Shown one piece after another: positions 51,946 to 64,000 of a DNA stretch of 64,000 nt. Position 1 is the stretch's first letter, and each line of letters begins with the position of its first letter. This DNA comes from Tubiluchus corallicola. Its lineage: Eukaryota > Animalia > Priapulida. The DNA lies in contig JAQGDQ010000428.1 of NCBI GenBank assembly GCA_030141605.1, positions 1-64,000 of the forward strand. Direction: 5' to 3'. The notes under the pieces were generated by a model. It was not told where the DNA came from, made no database searches, and was given only the letters and a program-made list of their open reading frames with translations. The translations under genes were made by a program, and so were the position numbers.

Positions 51946-52276
51946 TATACATATATATTCTAGTTATGTACCACAACTTTCTAGTCAAATAAATTGACAG
52001 TGTTAATTTTTTTATAAACCTTGCATCTTTTAAATCCATTTGTCTTGCATCTACAGACAACGTCCCAGTCCAGCATATTTAATTATTTAATCAATAATCA
52101 GCAGGTCTTCAAAAGCTATTCAAATTATAAATGATGACTATTTTAAATACGTGAAAAATTAATGTTGATGTCACCTTCATGTCATTCACAACAGTTTGAA
52201 ATAATCCACCCAAAGCACTGCACTCTTTGTCCATATTTGCGAAATTAGTCCCTTCAGTTACCACTGGAGTTGTCAT
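21610..52276 (-). CDS. MTSS1: MTSS1/MIM I-BAR (IMD) protein, 777 aa; complement join of 52175..52276, 51446..51507, 51056..51129, 37736..37912, 33180..33254, 32091..32248, 31299..31451, 30177..30323, 29007..29126, 28285..28436, 26938..27154, 26219..26351, 25448..25530, 25147..25258, 24036..24134, 23123..23228, 21610..21973
   Basis: Spliced translation DKECSALGGLFQTVVNDMK/GSYVVWEDF..KLHQQLR/..AAAAFLDAFQKVADMATNT/GATREIGSALTRICMR..MEDWKKVATQMDKEHSK/EYK..LQKKAKKG/..EERSRYC/..TPPGSP..SRKSSMCSLNS/..VRLSSASSQDSGFTSQD matches recalled MTSS1. All 16 introns are GT-AG and phases are consistent (2334 nt). Exons 1-9 rest on homology; exons 10-17 rest on phase and open frames only. Confidence 0.92.
22081..22436. 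mobile_element. TA-flanked MITE family A, copy 1 (MTSS1 intron 16)
   Basis: TIRs TACAATCATATCTCAGTTTGCCAGAC / GTCTGGGAAACCGAGATATGAGTGTA. Interior (CATACTACG.ACACAGTCCGTT.TTTCACGAGCTGACC.CTAGCTGGCGGG) shared with 29400-29816. Confidence 0.85.
23805..23955. repeat. Imperfect ~85-bp tandem duplication
   Basis: ACGTAAAAAGT..TATTTCAATTTT..CTAAA..AATATAGCTAACG occurs twice. Confidence 0.75.
28803..28865. repeat. (GA)n microsatellite
   Basis: Visible GA run. Confidence 0.95.
29400..29816. mobile_element. TA-flanked MITE family A, copy 2 (MTSS1 intron 8)
   Basis: TATACTCATATCTCGGTTT ... AAACCAAGATATGAGTGTA termini; interior similar to 22081-22436, same orientation. Confidence 0.85.
30612..31212 (+). 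mobile_element. TTAA-AGG-terminated (Kolobok/T2-like) MITE family B, copy 1 (MTSS1 intron 7)
   Basis: Begins TTAAAGGAAAC, ends GTTTTTGTTTAA. Core GCTAGTTAGAT.GGCACTA.CGC.TGCATCTTGGAAA...TGTTCAGTTGTGA shared with 44173-44716 and, inverted, with ~42791-43322. Confidence 0.8.
37092..37710. repeat. Degenerate C/A-rich minisatellite (approx. ACTCACCAGGTCACCTATCCATG) in MTSS1 intron 4
   Basis: Recurrent TCACCTATCC / ACTCACC / GTCAC units; a 23-nt exact copy (CATACTCATCACGTCACCTATCC) also at 35675-35697. Confidence 0.65.
39069..39076. promoter_or_regulatory. Full palindromic CRE (TGACGTCA) just upstream of the putative first exon of the nested gene
   Basis: Exact motif ~110 bp before donor A|GTGAGT at 39185/39186; function is inferred. 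Confidence 0.5.
39415..39966 (+). CDS. Orphan secreted protein/peptide precursor, 183 aa, nested antisense in MTSS1 intron 3
   Basis: ATG-started ORF with protein-like composition; 24-aa signal peptide ending A-Y-A; 5'UTR intron 39186-39405 (GTGAGT...CTTTTTTGCATTTAG); ATTAAA at 40123; RFAR and KRK processing motifs. Confidence 0.82.
   Translation: MFRSSAIFLCTATILCLCSNIAYACGWSPSFKPDVTDDVWKALHERWKEIPADWMEQVRGKDIREIKQLLRERNLPEDIAMVAKQFRDSYSAEDFRASLRNVDRKTSIIGTQVGHSRYPSGINRGSVFRSPILETASLPEKAGRSELSLRGSGRLSRFARSANIHGTLHNLYKRKLGNGLHKT
40424..40550. repeat. 42-bp tandem repeat x3, two units containing TGACGTCA
   Basis: Units start at 40424, 40466, 40508; consensus TACGACGACATGACGTCACCGGATATGGTAACATTTCAGAAG. 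Confidence 0.95.
41142..41197. repeat. Perfect 28-bp tandem duplication
   Basis: TTTTGAGAGGAATGTTTGTGGTATATAC x2. Confidence 0.95.
41790..41905 (-). mobile_element. Decayed non-LTR retrotransposon (LINE) reverse transcriptase fragment
   Basis: Minus-strand translation GVPQGSTLGLLLFRNYING..*..FFADDLFLY resembles RT motifs GVPQGSxLGPLLFxxYINDL and (Y/F)ADD, with an in-frame stop. Confidence 0.8.
42791..43322 (-). mobile_element. MITE family B, copy 2 (inverted; ends approximate)
   Basis: Reverse complement reads CTAGTTAGAGGGGCACTAGAGCCTGCATCTCAGAAACGCATTGCACAAAAAA..GTGTTCAGTTGTGATGTAG, collinear with copies 1 and 3. Confidence 0.78.
44173..44716 (+). mobile_element. MITE family B, copy 3
   Basis: TTAAAGGAAAACAAGACCCAA ... 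CTGCTTTCCTTTTAA termini; shared core with 30612-31212. Confidence 0.82.
46543..46590 (-). pseudogene. 5S rRNA internal-control-region-like fragment (SINE3-like element or 5S pseudogene)
   Basis: Minus strand CAAAGTTAAGCAATGCTAAGCCTGGTTAAGAAGTGGATTCGTAACTG aligns ungapped (about 33/47 by eye) to a recalled invertebrate 5S box A/IE/box C segment; flanks do not match 5S. Confidence 0.5.
47405..47810. repeat. ~257-bp imperfect internal tandem repeat (about 1.6 units), probably transposon-derived
   Basis: AAAG.CCTA.GA.GAGTTGAA..AAAAACTGAC.GA.GTCCAGT..AAGG...GTTCACCAAA at ~47409-47494 and ~47665-47753. Confidence 0.65.
47988..48065. repeat. (CAT)n imperfect trinucleotide repeat
   Basis: Visible; explains the poly-Ile ORF 47921-48136. 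Confidence 0.9.
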
Positions 52277-53782
52277 TTTGACTGAATTGAAATAGCCGTA
52301 AAAACTGATCACAGCAATGCGTTGAAATACTTGAGCATTCACACTGCTTGGGATACTGTTAGCATTGACTGCACCATCTGCACTGTCTTCTTTTTCTCAA
52401 AGACTACAACAAACAGAATAAGGACGACTATGATCACCACTGAAAGGCAACAGTTTACAGAATAATGGCAACTGGAACAAATTAAATTGGTTGTGTTCAG
52501 ATGGAGGGATGTTTGTGTACATTATTTACTTCACATTTGTGGCTTAACAAAATCCCCGTTACAGCTACCATGCGGCAAACTTTAACACTTTAATATTGTA
52601 CGTTTAGGGAATCAGAAGTTATTGTATTTTTTTGTTTTTTTTTTCAATTATACAAAACAAGTTGTACATGTATAACTGTATTATTGTAGTTTGCTGGTGA
52701 AATAAACTGAATTTGAATTCTATTGAGCTTTAAACTTTTAATACTAGCGACTAATTAAATCACTATATCTACTAGCACAGTATTGTGATTAATTATGCTT
52801 TCAGTGATTACTATCATTAATCAAATGCTCATGGCTTCATAGCACTATGGCTTTCACATGATAGTTTTAGATGTGACATTCACCTGCATGCACGTGTGTT
52901 ACTTGCATTAAAAATGTGCGACATCATATCATTGGTCGTTCATTTCGGTTTTATGCCTTTACGGTTTATGAATATTTTAATAATAACATTCCACAGCAAC
53001 TAAACCTGCACAATTATTGCAAACACGTATGGTAAGACCTATCTAATAATATTGGTGCATGATGTTAAGAGTTAATGATAATTAAAAGACTATTATATAA
53101 GTGCCACTAAATCTACATAATCAGTTAAGTTACATGATAACATACGGCGAAAGCCCACCTAGTTTGCATCGCAAATAAACGTCACTTAAGTCACCATGCA
53201 CGTTTATCCATAATTTTTTCTATTACTGTTACTGCATCATTAAACACAAGATCCAATCACTGAAAATGTTTTGTCTGTAATAGCTTAATAACACATAAAA
53301 ACAGGAAGATATTTAGTTATATAAAACGCGAGAAAAAGAAAACCTTTCAGCATGTGAATCTCTTAATAATAAAGTCATCGAGTCGTTTTGTACATTGTAT
53401 TGATTAGTTACAAAGCATGCTTGGCTTTGTGCTGCCATCTGTTGATAAATGTGATAATTTGTAAAAATGTTCAAGGGGGAAAAACAGGTTCTTTTACATA
53501 TACATTTAGTGTAAATTATTGCGGCTCTTGGTTTTACATAATAGCGAATTGTGTCGAACACAACAGAGGATGTTTTACAAAAATGTTGTTTCTTCAAATA
53601 ATTTTCTTCATAACACGACAAGGAAAATAATTATTATGGCACACGAAAATTGTGATTCCTTTCCGAAAAGTTTTTTCAGAACATCATTTTCCGGCAGAAA
53701 ACTTCCTTGCAAAAATTCGTTTCTATAAAAAATGAAATTTATATCTAACCTTGCGCAAAACTGATTTCTATTTTCACCCCTG

Positions 53783-53871
53783 TCTCTCTCTCTCTCTCGT
53801 TCCCCCTCTCTCTTTCTCTTCCTCTTTCGTTCCCCCTTCTCTCTCTCACTCTCTCTTTGTCTCTCTCTCTT
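53783..53871. repeat. (CT)n-rich tract upstream of MTSS1
   Basis: Visible pyrimidine tract; GAGA-like on the MTSS1 strand. Confidence 0.9.
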
Positions 53872-56211
53872 CCACAAGCATATAGCCTGCACAGTGTTAA
53901 TAACAACGAAATTGTAAATTAACTTCTTTATTAACAGAATTACCATTATGTTTTACTCCCCAGATTCAGCAACATTTAGCTATGTCTACAGCTATAACTA
54001 GTTTTCTCTAAGGTTCTAGCTTGTATCCTAGAATTGCATTGTTTAGTGGAGTATCTCTTATTAAGTAATGACAAGTTGACCCAAGTTAACTAATTTGTTT
54101 ATGACAAAGAGAAGTTAAAGACGTCATTAGTCTCGAGCTATTGAGGACAAGTGGGGCATCTGAACAAGTATCAATAAATTCTAAAAATTTGCTTATTGGG
54201 GAGACAACGGGGATGTCTTATGCAAAACAAACTCGACTCGTTTCAACGTAAAACTTTGTGTGTGCATGCGGTAAGAGGGCCTAAACTCTCTCTGTGTGTT
54301 TATGTTTCAGTGGTGAAAGGTGTACAAAAGACATTCTATACCATGAAACAAAATAATTTTAGCTGTTTAACTGCTAAGTAAATAACTTTGTGATGCAGAA
54401 TGACTGATGCAATGGACAAAATGTTGCAGAAGGAAACAGCGAAATTAAATTTACAAGAAAATTCTATTTTTTCAAAAACAAAAACATAGTTTTTATTTTT
54501 GAAAAAAAGAAAAGAGATGTATCAGTGACAGGTTAAACGTATTTGTTAAAATCGAAATCTCATAAAACCCGAAGAAACTAAGGTTGGACTAATTGAATTT
54601 GGTAAAAAGTGCCTACGTGTGGAATCATATAAGTAATGACATTAAACAAGCTGTTTCTCTATTTCAGTTTAAAAAAATTAATACAAGCCCTGAATGGCCC
54701 AGCTTGTAGATGCAATTTATGTGCATACGATACCTGGTAACTCTTATTACTCGCTGTTTAGTCGGTCTTACTTTTATTTTGTTCTGTTTACCATGATCCA
54801 CTATTGTATTCTATTAGCTACTATTGTAAATGAAAATACCAGCTTACTCTTGTTTTTAATTTACTTAACTCAGACTAGTTATAAACTGCTGCTGACGTGT
54901 ATCATGAATCCAACTGTTGAATCGTATGCTATAGATTCTCCATTACAACTCACTGAACTTTAGTTATTAAATTTGCTTTCTGCCTCTGGTTTATCTGGCT
55001 ATTTTATTCTACTACAGTAACATAAATATACTTTTTATTATACGTCTCATTGCCTGTATTACCGTTTTATTTCCAATTGTATTACTTTATTTCATATTAC
55101 ATGGTCGTTTTTATTTTGATTTAAATCTGTATCTCACAACAGTAATCTATAGCCATTGGATCCTCGTCTTTGTAGAATTATTCCTCATTATTAGATTAGT
55201 GTTTCAATAAGAAAAATTACGGTTTATTTTACTTTCATTTATTCTTATTTTTTCTGCAAAATTTATGTAATATTTACTGTATTTAAAGTTCAGAATGTTC
55301 ATAAATTGGCGCAGATAAAACATGTCTAAATTTTGTAAAATAGTCTGAGCGAAATAGCTCATTTAATTTTGGCCCTTGATTTTAAATTACTGTGTCTTTC
55401 GGTGTATTTTATTTGTTATGTCGTATGGACGGCAAGGAGTCATATGACTTGTGTTTTATTGCTTAAATCCCGTCTAAAAATAAACTATTACTTACTTTGT
55501 TTCAAGGTTAAGTCCATCTAGACGAAAAAACTATTCAACAGTTAGCTAAATTGGGAGTTATGCATAGACGACTTGACTGCCGTGCCTGTAAAATTAGTAG
55601 TAATCGCAGTTCTTTGAAATTTGTAACCGTGTTTTGAATAAGATTAGCTTTGCACGCTAAATCGCCATGAAATTTTCTTCAGGGCAGTTCCTTAGGGCAT
55701 CTACAACCGTGGGTCTGCGGGTGCGTTATTGCATCCCTTGTTTTTGACCACCAGATCTTAGAGCATCCCAATTATCGGCACGGTTGAATCTCAGCTGAAT
55801 CCCATCGATGAGGCTTTCATCATTTAAATTACTTTTAAATGAAGGTGGTCGCATATGAAACCATAAAAGTAATAATACTCAGGGTATGTTATAATATCTT
55901 TAGCAATAAAATCAATATTTTAATTTATACACTGTAATCTTGCGCCATCTGGTAAGTGTAAATAAAGACTCGACTATAAATGTACAGGTGACATGCGAGA
56001 GCTACGCTCAACGTTGTATGGCGGTAGTTGCTAGCAGCTGACTGTATGAGCTATAGATTTTACATGGCAGCTGGAGAGTACTGGCAAGTCAGACGTACCT
56101 AATAATTATTGATTTCCGCTTGTTACGATGCGCAGCACATATTGGGCGTTTAAACGTTTCTGTCCTGTAACAGACCTTGTTGTTAGCCGTTTTCTCTTGT
56201 GTTTTTGTTGA

Positions 56212-56940
<729 letters not shown>

Positions 56941-58029
56941 AGTGAGCGAGATGAAGCCAACTTAACGATGGTGCTTAATCCAACACACGTCATTTGATTG
57001 ACAGTTCCATTTTGACTCAAGAATGATACTGAATGTCCTTTAAAAACTGGCTCAACTAAAACTCGATATTTCTCATTATGAGATTAGGAATGTAAGATAA
57101 ATCATAATAATCATTTCATTGTTTAAAATTTGTTGGGCCCTTTTGACCAGCACTTGAGATGATCGGAATTAAAAATGTTTCAAGCCTTAATAACACTGAT
57201 GAGGGGAAACGATGTTCCTTTTGTAAAACTCAGGCGTATTTTTAATAAATGTGTCTTCAATTATTAGAGTTAATATTAGTGTTCTCGATTTTTGTGCCTA
57301 TAAGATTTAATTAGATGGCGTAGTTAGTAAGATGTATAATAATATGGCTACAGTAATATTCATAATTTTTAAGGAAAGTAATTAAGAACTGTCTAAATAT
57401 ATTATATATATTATTATATAATCTTCGTTAATTGCCTAAGTATTGCAAAATTATTTCTGTATCTTCATGTATGACTAAAAAAACATTATATCGGGATAAT
57501 AAATTTCATTCCTAGTTTTTTTAGTTGTATTAGAAACGCGCAGCAGTTAACATGGTCGGCCTTCGCGGCTGCGCAGATTAATTAGCTGCATTTGGCAAAT
57601 TTTCAACTATTCCTTGATAACGTACAAGTTTCAAAAACAGAAGGGTGCAATAATATATAGGATATAAGAATCCGCCTTTTATTAATAGAAGCAGTTGCAA
57701 ATGGCTCTCAGCTAAGCGCAGGAACATAGTGAACTTAGTTCTCAGCTTAGCGCAGGAAATTTTAGCAAGTTATTGTCATAAACCACATTCATGACAATTC
57801 GAATGTATTTTTCGTTATCAAGACTTAAGGTACCAGTTACATAGCCTAAAACTATATTTATTCCTGATTACGCCAATCAATCTACGTGTCCGGATTACAT
57901 GTTCTTCATCCTGACTACCTCCATCACACACACACGCACGCACGCACACACACACACGCACGCACATGCGCGCGCACACAATATATATTGCTTTTCTTAT
58001 AATACACTTTGTCAACGACCCTCTATTGT

Positions 58030-58460
58030 CCACTAGGTCTTATAACACAATTTAAAGACCGTCATATTCCTTGACATAAAGCCTGGATCATTCAACAGAT
58101 TCCAAGCTAATGCAAGAGGTTCTTTTGATTCTAAACATGCCAACTTGTTCTAAACTTGTCTTAAAACATTTTTTCCTTCTGTAAAATCAATTTTCTTAAT
58201 ACGTATGGCATGCCTGTCTCAACAAAAGCCAGCTCACTAGTAATTGCAGATTTAACACCAAGTAACACTTTGATCGTTTTATTATACAACATTTTTAAGG
58301 CTTTAAAATTTGACGTAAGCCAGTTCTCCACATACACCAATGTACTAGTTACACACACAAGCTTTTGCTACTTTTTTTCAATGCAAAAAGGCCTTTCATA
58401 ATTCTTATACACGAGTGAGATCAATTTTAATACCAATAAATTTGGGTATATTTAATAGCA
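58030..58460 (-). mobile_element. Decayed LINE ORF2 C-terminal fragment
   Basis: CVTSTLVY.ENWL..LYNKTIKVLLGVKSAITSELAFVETGMP resembles the post-RT region of non-LTR elements; frame is broken around it. Confidence 0.55.
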
Positions 58461-59097
58461 AATTGACGTCATTTAATTAAAAGGAATGCAGAATGATTTT
58501 TTATATATACTACCCAATTTTCAAGTCCGGCAAAAAGTATATATTTTAACACGGTTATTACTGCAAAAGCGTTTCTGATAATTACATAATAGATCGAAAA
58601 CTTAATTAGCGGCGGGCGAGCATAACTATTGATGACATCACAAACTAACATAATTTTCAATAACAAAAATAATTTATTTAGATAAGGTGCAGCGTTTTAT
58701 GGCACAAAATGGCACTCGCGTTGGAGATCAGGCTTCAAAAGTATTTGTAAACTCCATGGGTACTTGTAAACAAAAATACAAAATTGATACCCTTCTAGAC
58801 TTCTTATACACCTTACCCTTTTCTCATTCAAAAACATGCACTCGCCAAATTTTGTCTTGCTTCGCTAGCGCTGTGGCTTCTATTCTCAGTTATGAAACTA
58901 AAACCACGAAAGGCCGATAATTATATTAAATGTGGTAATGCTGTAATTTATTCCTGTGGTGCATCACATTACCATAATGGCTCTGCTTTAGTATTTTGGC
59001 TTACGGGCATACGCAGAGAAGGCAAGCCCACCTATATGCTATACACTTTGCTTACATAGCACACATGACGTTTAGTCGTCCAGGTGTTCAGCGCTCA

Positions 59098-59162
59098 GTT
59101 GCCATGACGGCATCAGCAGGTAAATGCTACCTGTACTAATCAATTTTTGTCGCCATGGTTCC
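59098..59162 (+). promoter_or_regulatory. Paired RFX X-box-like motifs upstream of CAPSL copy 2
   Basis: GTTGCCATGACGGC (59098-59111) and GTCGCCATGGTTCC (59149-59162); TATA-like TATATA at 59171. Confidence 0.6.
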
Positions 59163-59268
59163 CTTTGTTGTATATACATACCTGGCTTCTCCTCCTGATT
59201 ACATGAGACGCTAGAGAGTAAGTCAATAGAAGCCCTTACTGAAAGTGCTGCTAGAGTTTCAGTTATAA

Positions 59269-59904
<636 letters not shown>

Positions 59905-62368
59905 ACCGCATAGGTGAACAAGTTCAACAAAGGCCAAAGCAAATGTTTGGGAACAAATAGCCTGAGATCCACAGAAGGTGAGCAGCCATCATCCAGTTAA
60001 ATGTAATAATTACTCAATTATTATTGCATTTATAGACTTAGCAAGGTAAATAATAGTTAGAGACAATCAATCGTGTACGTGGAGCTCACTTTTTGTGAAT
60101 TTTTAATTTAATATACATGCACAGGAAAAGTTTATTATGATCAGTTTTCTGACAGCTGGCTTATACTTAACTGTAAAAGTGCATTCTGTTTTTAGTAGTG
60201 TGCGGTCACATTTGAGTCTGGCCAATATCTAAAATTTCGATTTGTGGTTGTAAAAAGATTTGCGTGTGTTCAGCTTGTATAAGTAGGTTCAACTTTGTGT
60301 CACTGGGGGCAGTTTGAATAATTTGTTGTGTTGACTGTTGATTCGCCTAATTTTCATCAAATGATTCCTTGACTATTTCTTTCAAAGCATGGCTTAATTG
60401 TTTATGGCTGCTGCAGTTCCTGAGATAACACCAGAAAATCATATAATTAACTGAGCTATAGCATGACAGCATTGTGATTCTGCAAGGCTCGTAATTTTAG
60501 TGAACGCCATCACAATTTGATTTTGTACTGTTAAAATTAATAATAAGTTTTCATGGATTTTGATGCTTGATAAATTATTGTGTATACCTACTAGAATGTA
60601 TAGTGCTTGACATCAAGGCAATAGTCTCCAATGCGATTGCCTGAATAGAGGAATAAAACACATTTTTGTCATTTCACAAATATTGACATAGAAGTTATCT
60701 TACTTTTTTGCGTCTTTTATACTCCTTTAAATGATTTAAATCATTATTGAATAGTCTTGAAAATCCGTATTATTAGGCCTACTATAATATATATATATGT
60801 GTGTTATAGGTAGAAATTGAAACTTATTTTTCGTGCCAAGACGATAGACTATGGTTTCCAAGCTTTCAGGCTTATATACTCTCCATTGACATAGCCTCTA
60901 CTTAAAACTTTAAAGAACCTTGTTGCCTGGCACTGTATGTAGGCCAATTACTCTACCTGTAATAACAACGTTTTTTTATAATTATAACATGTGACCCGTT
61001 ACTGTTTGTGCAACCTGTGCGTATTGATTGTTAATTTAGGTTTTCAATCATTGAGTTTCGTCTCTTATTGATAGGTTGTTAGGTAGGTCTACGTAGCATT
61101 AACATTTCATGAATAAGTTATTAACCTTTATAGCTCATACAACAGTGTGATACCTGCCATTATGCTATTAGCAATGGCAGTAATGAGCCGTCCACCATCA
61201 TGTCAAATATATAATTCTCTTAAATATAATAAAACTTATGTGTAATATACATCTTTTATGTATAATAAATTCAAATTTGCATTGGCTTTTTTTACTGTTA
61301 TACTGCTAATTTTAATTTTATGCTTCATTTACGCATGCATAGCAGCACGTGTTAATACATACCGGCACGTAGATTGTGAACTTGAAAAACTTCATCTAGT
61401 CATAAACTGATATCATGACGCGACAAACTGCGATTTTAATGTTCCATTTTCTTTATCCGCTAGTATTTAATCAGCTAGATCTCTCCACCACTGTAGACAT
61501 TCCACAGAAGCCACTTTTTCTGTAACCTTGTAAAAAGTTTAAAATGTGTCGGTCACCCACAACCATTTGTATACAGAAAAAGCAGGACGGTTGCGTTCAG
61601 CTGATTGTCGTTGAATACGTCGTGGATTTTTTTTTTGATATTCTGGTCGCCCAGACATACAATCAGTTTCCTTATAAGGACAAGCCTACATAGCGGTCTA
61701 TGCTCCATTTACAAACATTTTTTCTAGTGGGATACCTCCCGCAAATGAAGTATGGGATTATTGAAATATACTGTGCATCTATTTTGTGGTTTTACTGGGT
61801 TACGATATTTTGCTCTTTTGTCATAACTTAACATTTACAAAGCATAGCAATAGCAACCTCGTTGAAAACAAGCCTATTTAGTGGACCTCATTTTTTGGTT
61901 TTTTAACGACCTCACCATATTTATGCAGTTCGCAGAACAAAGCGCTAGCATGCCCTAGAGGCCTAGACCAAATGTAATGAACCAACTGAAAAGGTTTAGA
62001 CATAAATTATAGAAATTTTACTTGCCTTGAAAGAGGAATAGGTATATCTATTCGTTCGTCTATCTACTTATCTTCAAGAGTACGGGAATACAGCACAAAC
62101 TGTGAAATGTATTGTGTAGATTTTAAGTATGTATGAAACGCTAAAAGCCAAAAACCACAAAATGAGGTACACTGGAGGTAATAAACTTGATAAAAAGCAC
62201 TTTCCCTATAGCCGTCAGTTTAAGTTTTTCCACGTATTACCAAGAACAAGCGTACTTTACATGCGAATAGGAGGAAAAGTAAGAATTACTGAAAATAGAA
62301 TTTTTTAAGCCATAAACGCTTTGAATCAGGTGACGTCTGTGAAACATAATAATTGTGACACTCATTCA

Positions 62369-62423
62369 GTTGCCATGGTTTCGCGATGCGGTGCAGGAAT
62401 ACCTGTAGTTTCACCAAGGTAAC
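62369..62423 (+). promoter_or_regulatory. Paired RFX X-box-like motifs upstream of CAPSL copy 3
   Basis: GTTGCCATGGTTTC (62369-62382) and TTCACCAAGGTAAC (62410-62423; reverse complement GTTACCTTGGTGAA). Confidence 0.65.
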
Positions 62424-62550
62424 ATTTGTTTTATAGATCAAAATTAATGTTTCCTGTGCGCTTGCAAAACTCGGCCGACATCGGTTAAAATTATTAATGC
62501 GCATTTTAAGTTGTTATTTTGATTTAGAAACAACTAATTAGATTTCTAAG

Positions 62551-63165
62551 ATGGCCGAGCAAGAAATGAAGAACAGACAAAGACGTCTAGCTAGCCTAGC
62601 CAGCGATCCAATAGAAAAACTGAGAGCTAGATGCTTGGCGAGAGGAGTAGATGGAATTTCAAAGTTTTCAAGAACATTTAAGATATTCGACGACGACGCA
62701 AATAAAATGCTGAACAAGGAAGAATTCAGGAAAGGGATGCACGATTACCAGTGCGAACTGAACGAGCAGGAAATAGTTCAACTTTTTAACCTGTTCGACA
62801 GAGACAACAGCGGCTCCATCAACTTTGACGAATTCCTTGAAAGAATACGACCTCCAATGAGCAAAGCGAGGAAGAACATCATTGAGAGGTGCTTCCAGAA
62901 AATGGATAAGACGGGCGACGGTAAAGTGACGGTGGCCGATCTAAAGGGAGTGTACAATGTCAAGGAACACCCAAAATACATGAATGGCGAAATGAGCGAG
63001 GGAGACGTGTTACAATTGTTCTTGAATCAGTTCGAGAAAAATTCGGCTGATGTAGATGGCTGCGTAACGAAGGAAGAATTCTTGAATTATTACTCTGGAG
63101 TCAGTGCTTCCATTGATCAAGATGCTTATTTTGACTTAATGATGAGAAGCGCGTACAAAATTTAA
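62551..63165 (+). CDS. CAPSL: Calcyphosin-like EF-hand protein, copy 3 (204 aa)
   Basis: Intact intronless ORF, closest to copy 2 (shared [10 protein letters not shown], short N-terminus, KI C-terminus). Confidence 0.94.
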   Translation: MAEQEMKNRQRRLASLASDPIEKLRARCLARGVDGISKFSRTFKIFDDDANKMLNKEEFRKGMHDYQCELNEQEIVQLFNLFDRDNSGSINFDEFLERIRPPMSKARKNIIERCFQKMDKTGDGKVTVADLKGVYNVKEHPKYMNGEMSEGDVLQLFLNQFEKNSADVDGCVTKEEFLNYYSGVSASIDQDAYFDLMMRSAYKI

Positions 63166-64000
63166 CTGTAAATTGCTCAACCAAAATAACAATTGACGAA
63201 CGTATTTATTGTATTTTAAACTAACATTTCACAGAGGATAATTTTTCTTAAAAAATCACTAAAAAACCGATAATTTCAGTAATCTTCTGATCACTGCGCT
63301 TTTTCGCTACAGTAATTATTTGAAATATTTAGTTAATCATCCAAATATCCGTTTCTTCAATTGTCTATAATATGTAGCAGGATGTACAATGTATAATTGT
63401 AATTATGATAACATAATACATATTTTGCAATGTGTGCATTTAATTAATTTTTAAGGACGCAAATTACAATGTTCACATGTACTAGAATGAAGAAAAAACA
63501 ATCACTACTACTGCTGTAAACTGATGTCAAATTAATTATGACAAACCACTGCTACAACTGTCATACTGTGGCAATTACTTTCAAACCGCTGCCACCATTG
63601 TGATGACCCTGATCTTGTATTTCCTATAGGGGAATCAAAGAGGGGCATGCTGCGTTAGTTTTACATCTCATAACAGAAGGGAGCTAGTATGATAGTCGTT
63701 AAATGCATGGATGCAGATCGGCCTAAGGCGGTTGTTAAAAATACGGGGGACTAAGGCCTATTTGCACTCTATACACTAATGGATCTGAAGAAAAAGAAAG
63801 ATCAAATGGCAGACATTAAAATAATTAATCAAACAATTTAATCATCAACAAATTCCAAAGTGATTCGACTTAAGCATAAGGTCAGTAATAACAAAGATAT
63901 AGCAATATTGGGGTTAGTAGGGTATATACATTTTCATGAAGTTCATGTCTGCCCACTATGTACCTAGGTTTTTTGGAACACTTTTCCTTTAAAGCAAAGA

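Overview
AT-rich animal (invertebrate-like, species not identifiable from sequence) genomic window with spliceosomal introns. Gene order: a 5'-truncated Kelch-repeat gene (+); a 3-coding-exon TRIQK orthologue (+) that the ORF track misses; NSRP1/CCDC55 (-) head-to-head with a SPOP-like BTB-BACK gene (+); a 17-coding-exon MTSS1/MIM I-BAR gene (-, about 21.6-52.3 kb, all exons joined in phase by hand, 777 aa); and three tandem intronless calcyphosin-like (CAPSL) genes (+). The best candidate for something undescribed is an orphan secreted-precursor gene nested antisense in the 13-kb MTSS1 intron 3. It has a signal peptide exposing a lone N-terminal Cys-Gly (Hedgehog/Spitz-like), furin/dibasic sites and surrounding CRE palindromes. 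Also notable: paired RFX X-box-like motifs at matching distances upstream of CAPSL copies 2 and 3, several candidate MTSS1 isoform switches (no WH2 found; PDZ-ligand tail versus an extra exon; microexons; internal first exon), and inverted MITE copies in MTSS1 introns. Everything was read by eye with no database search; family calls rest on recalled sequences.
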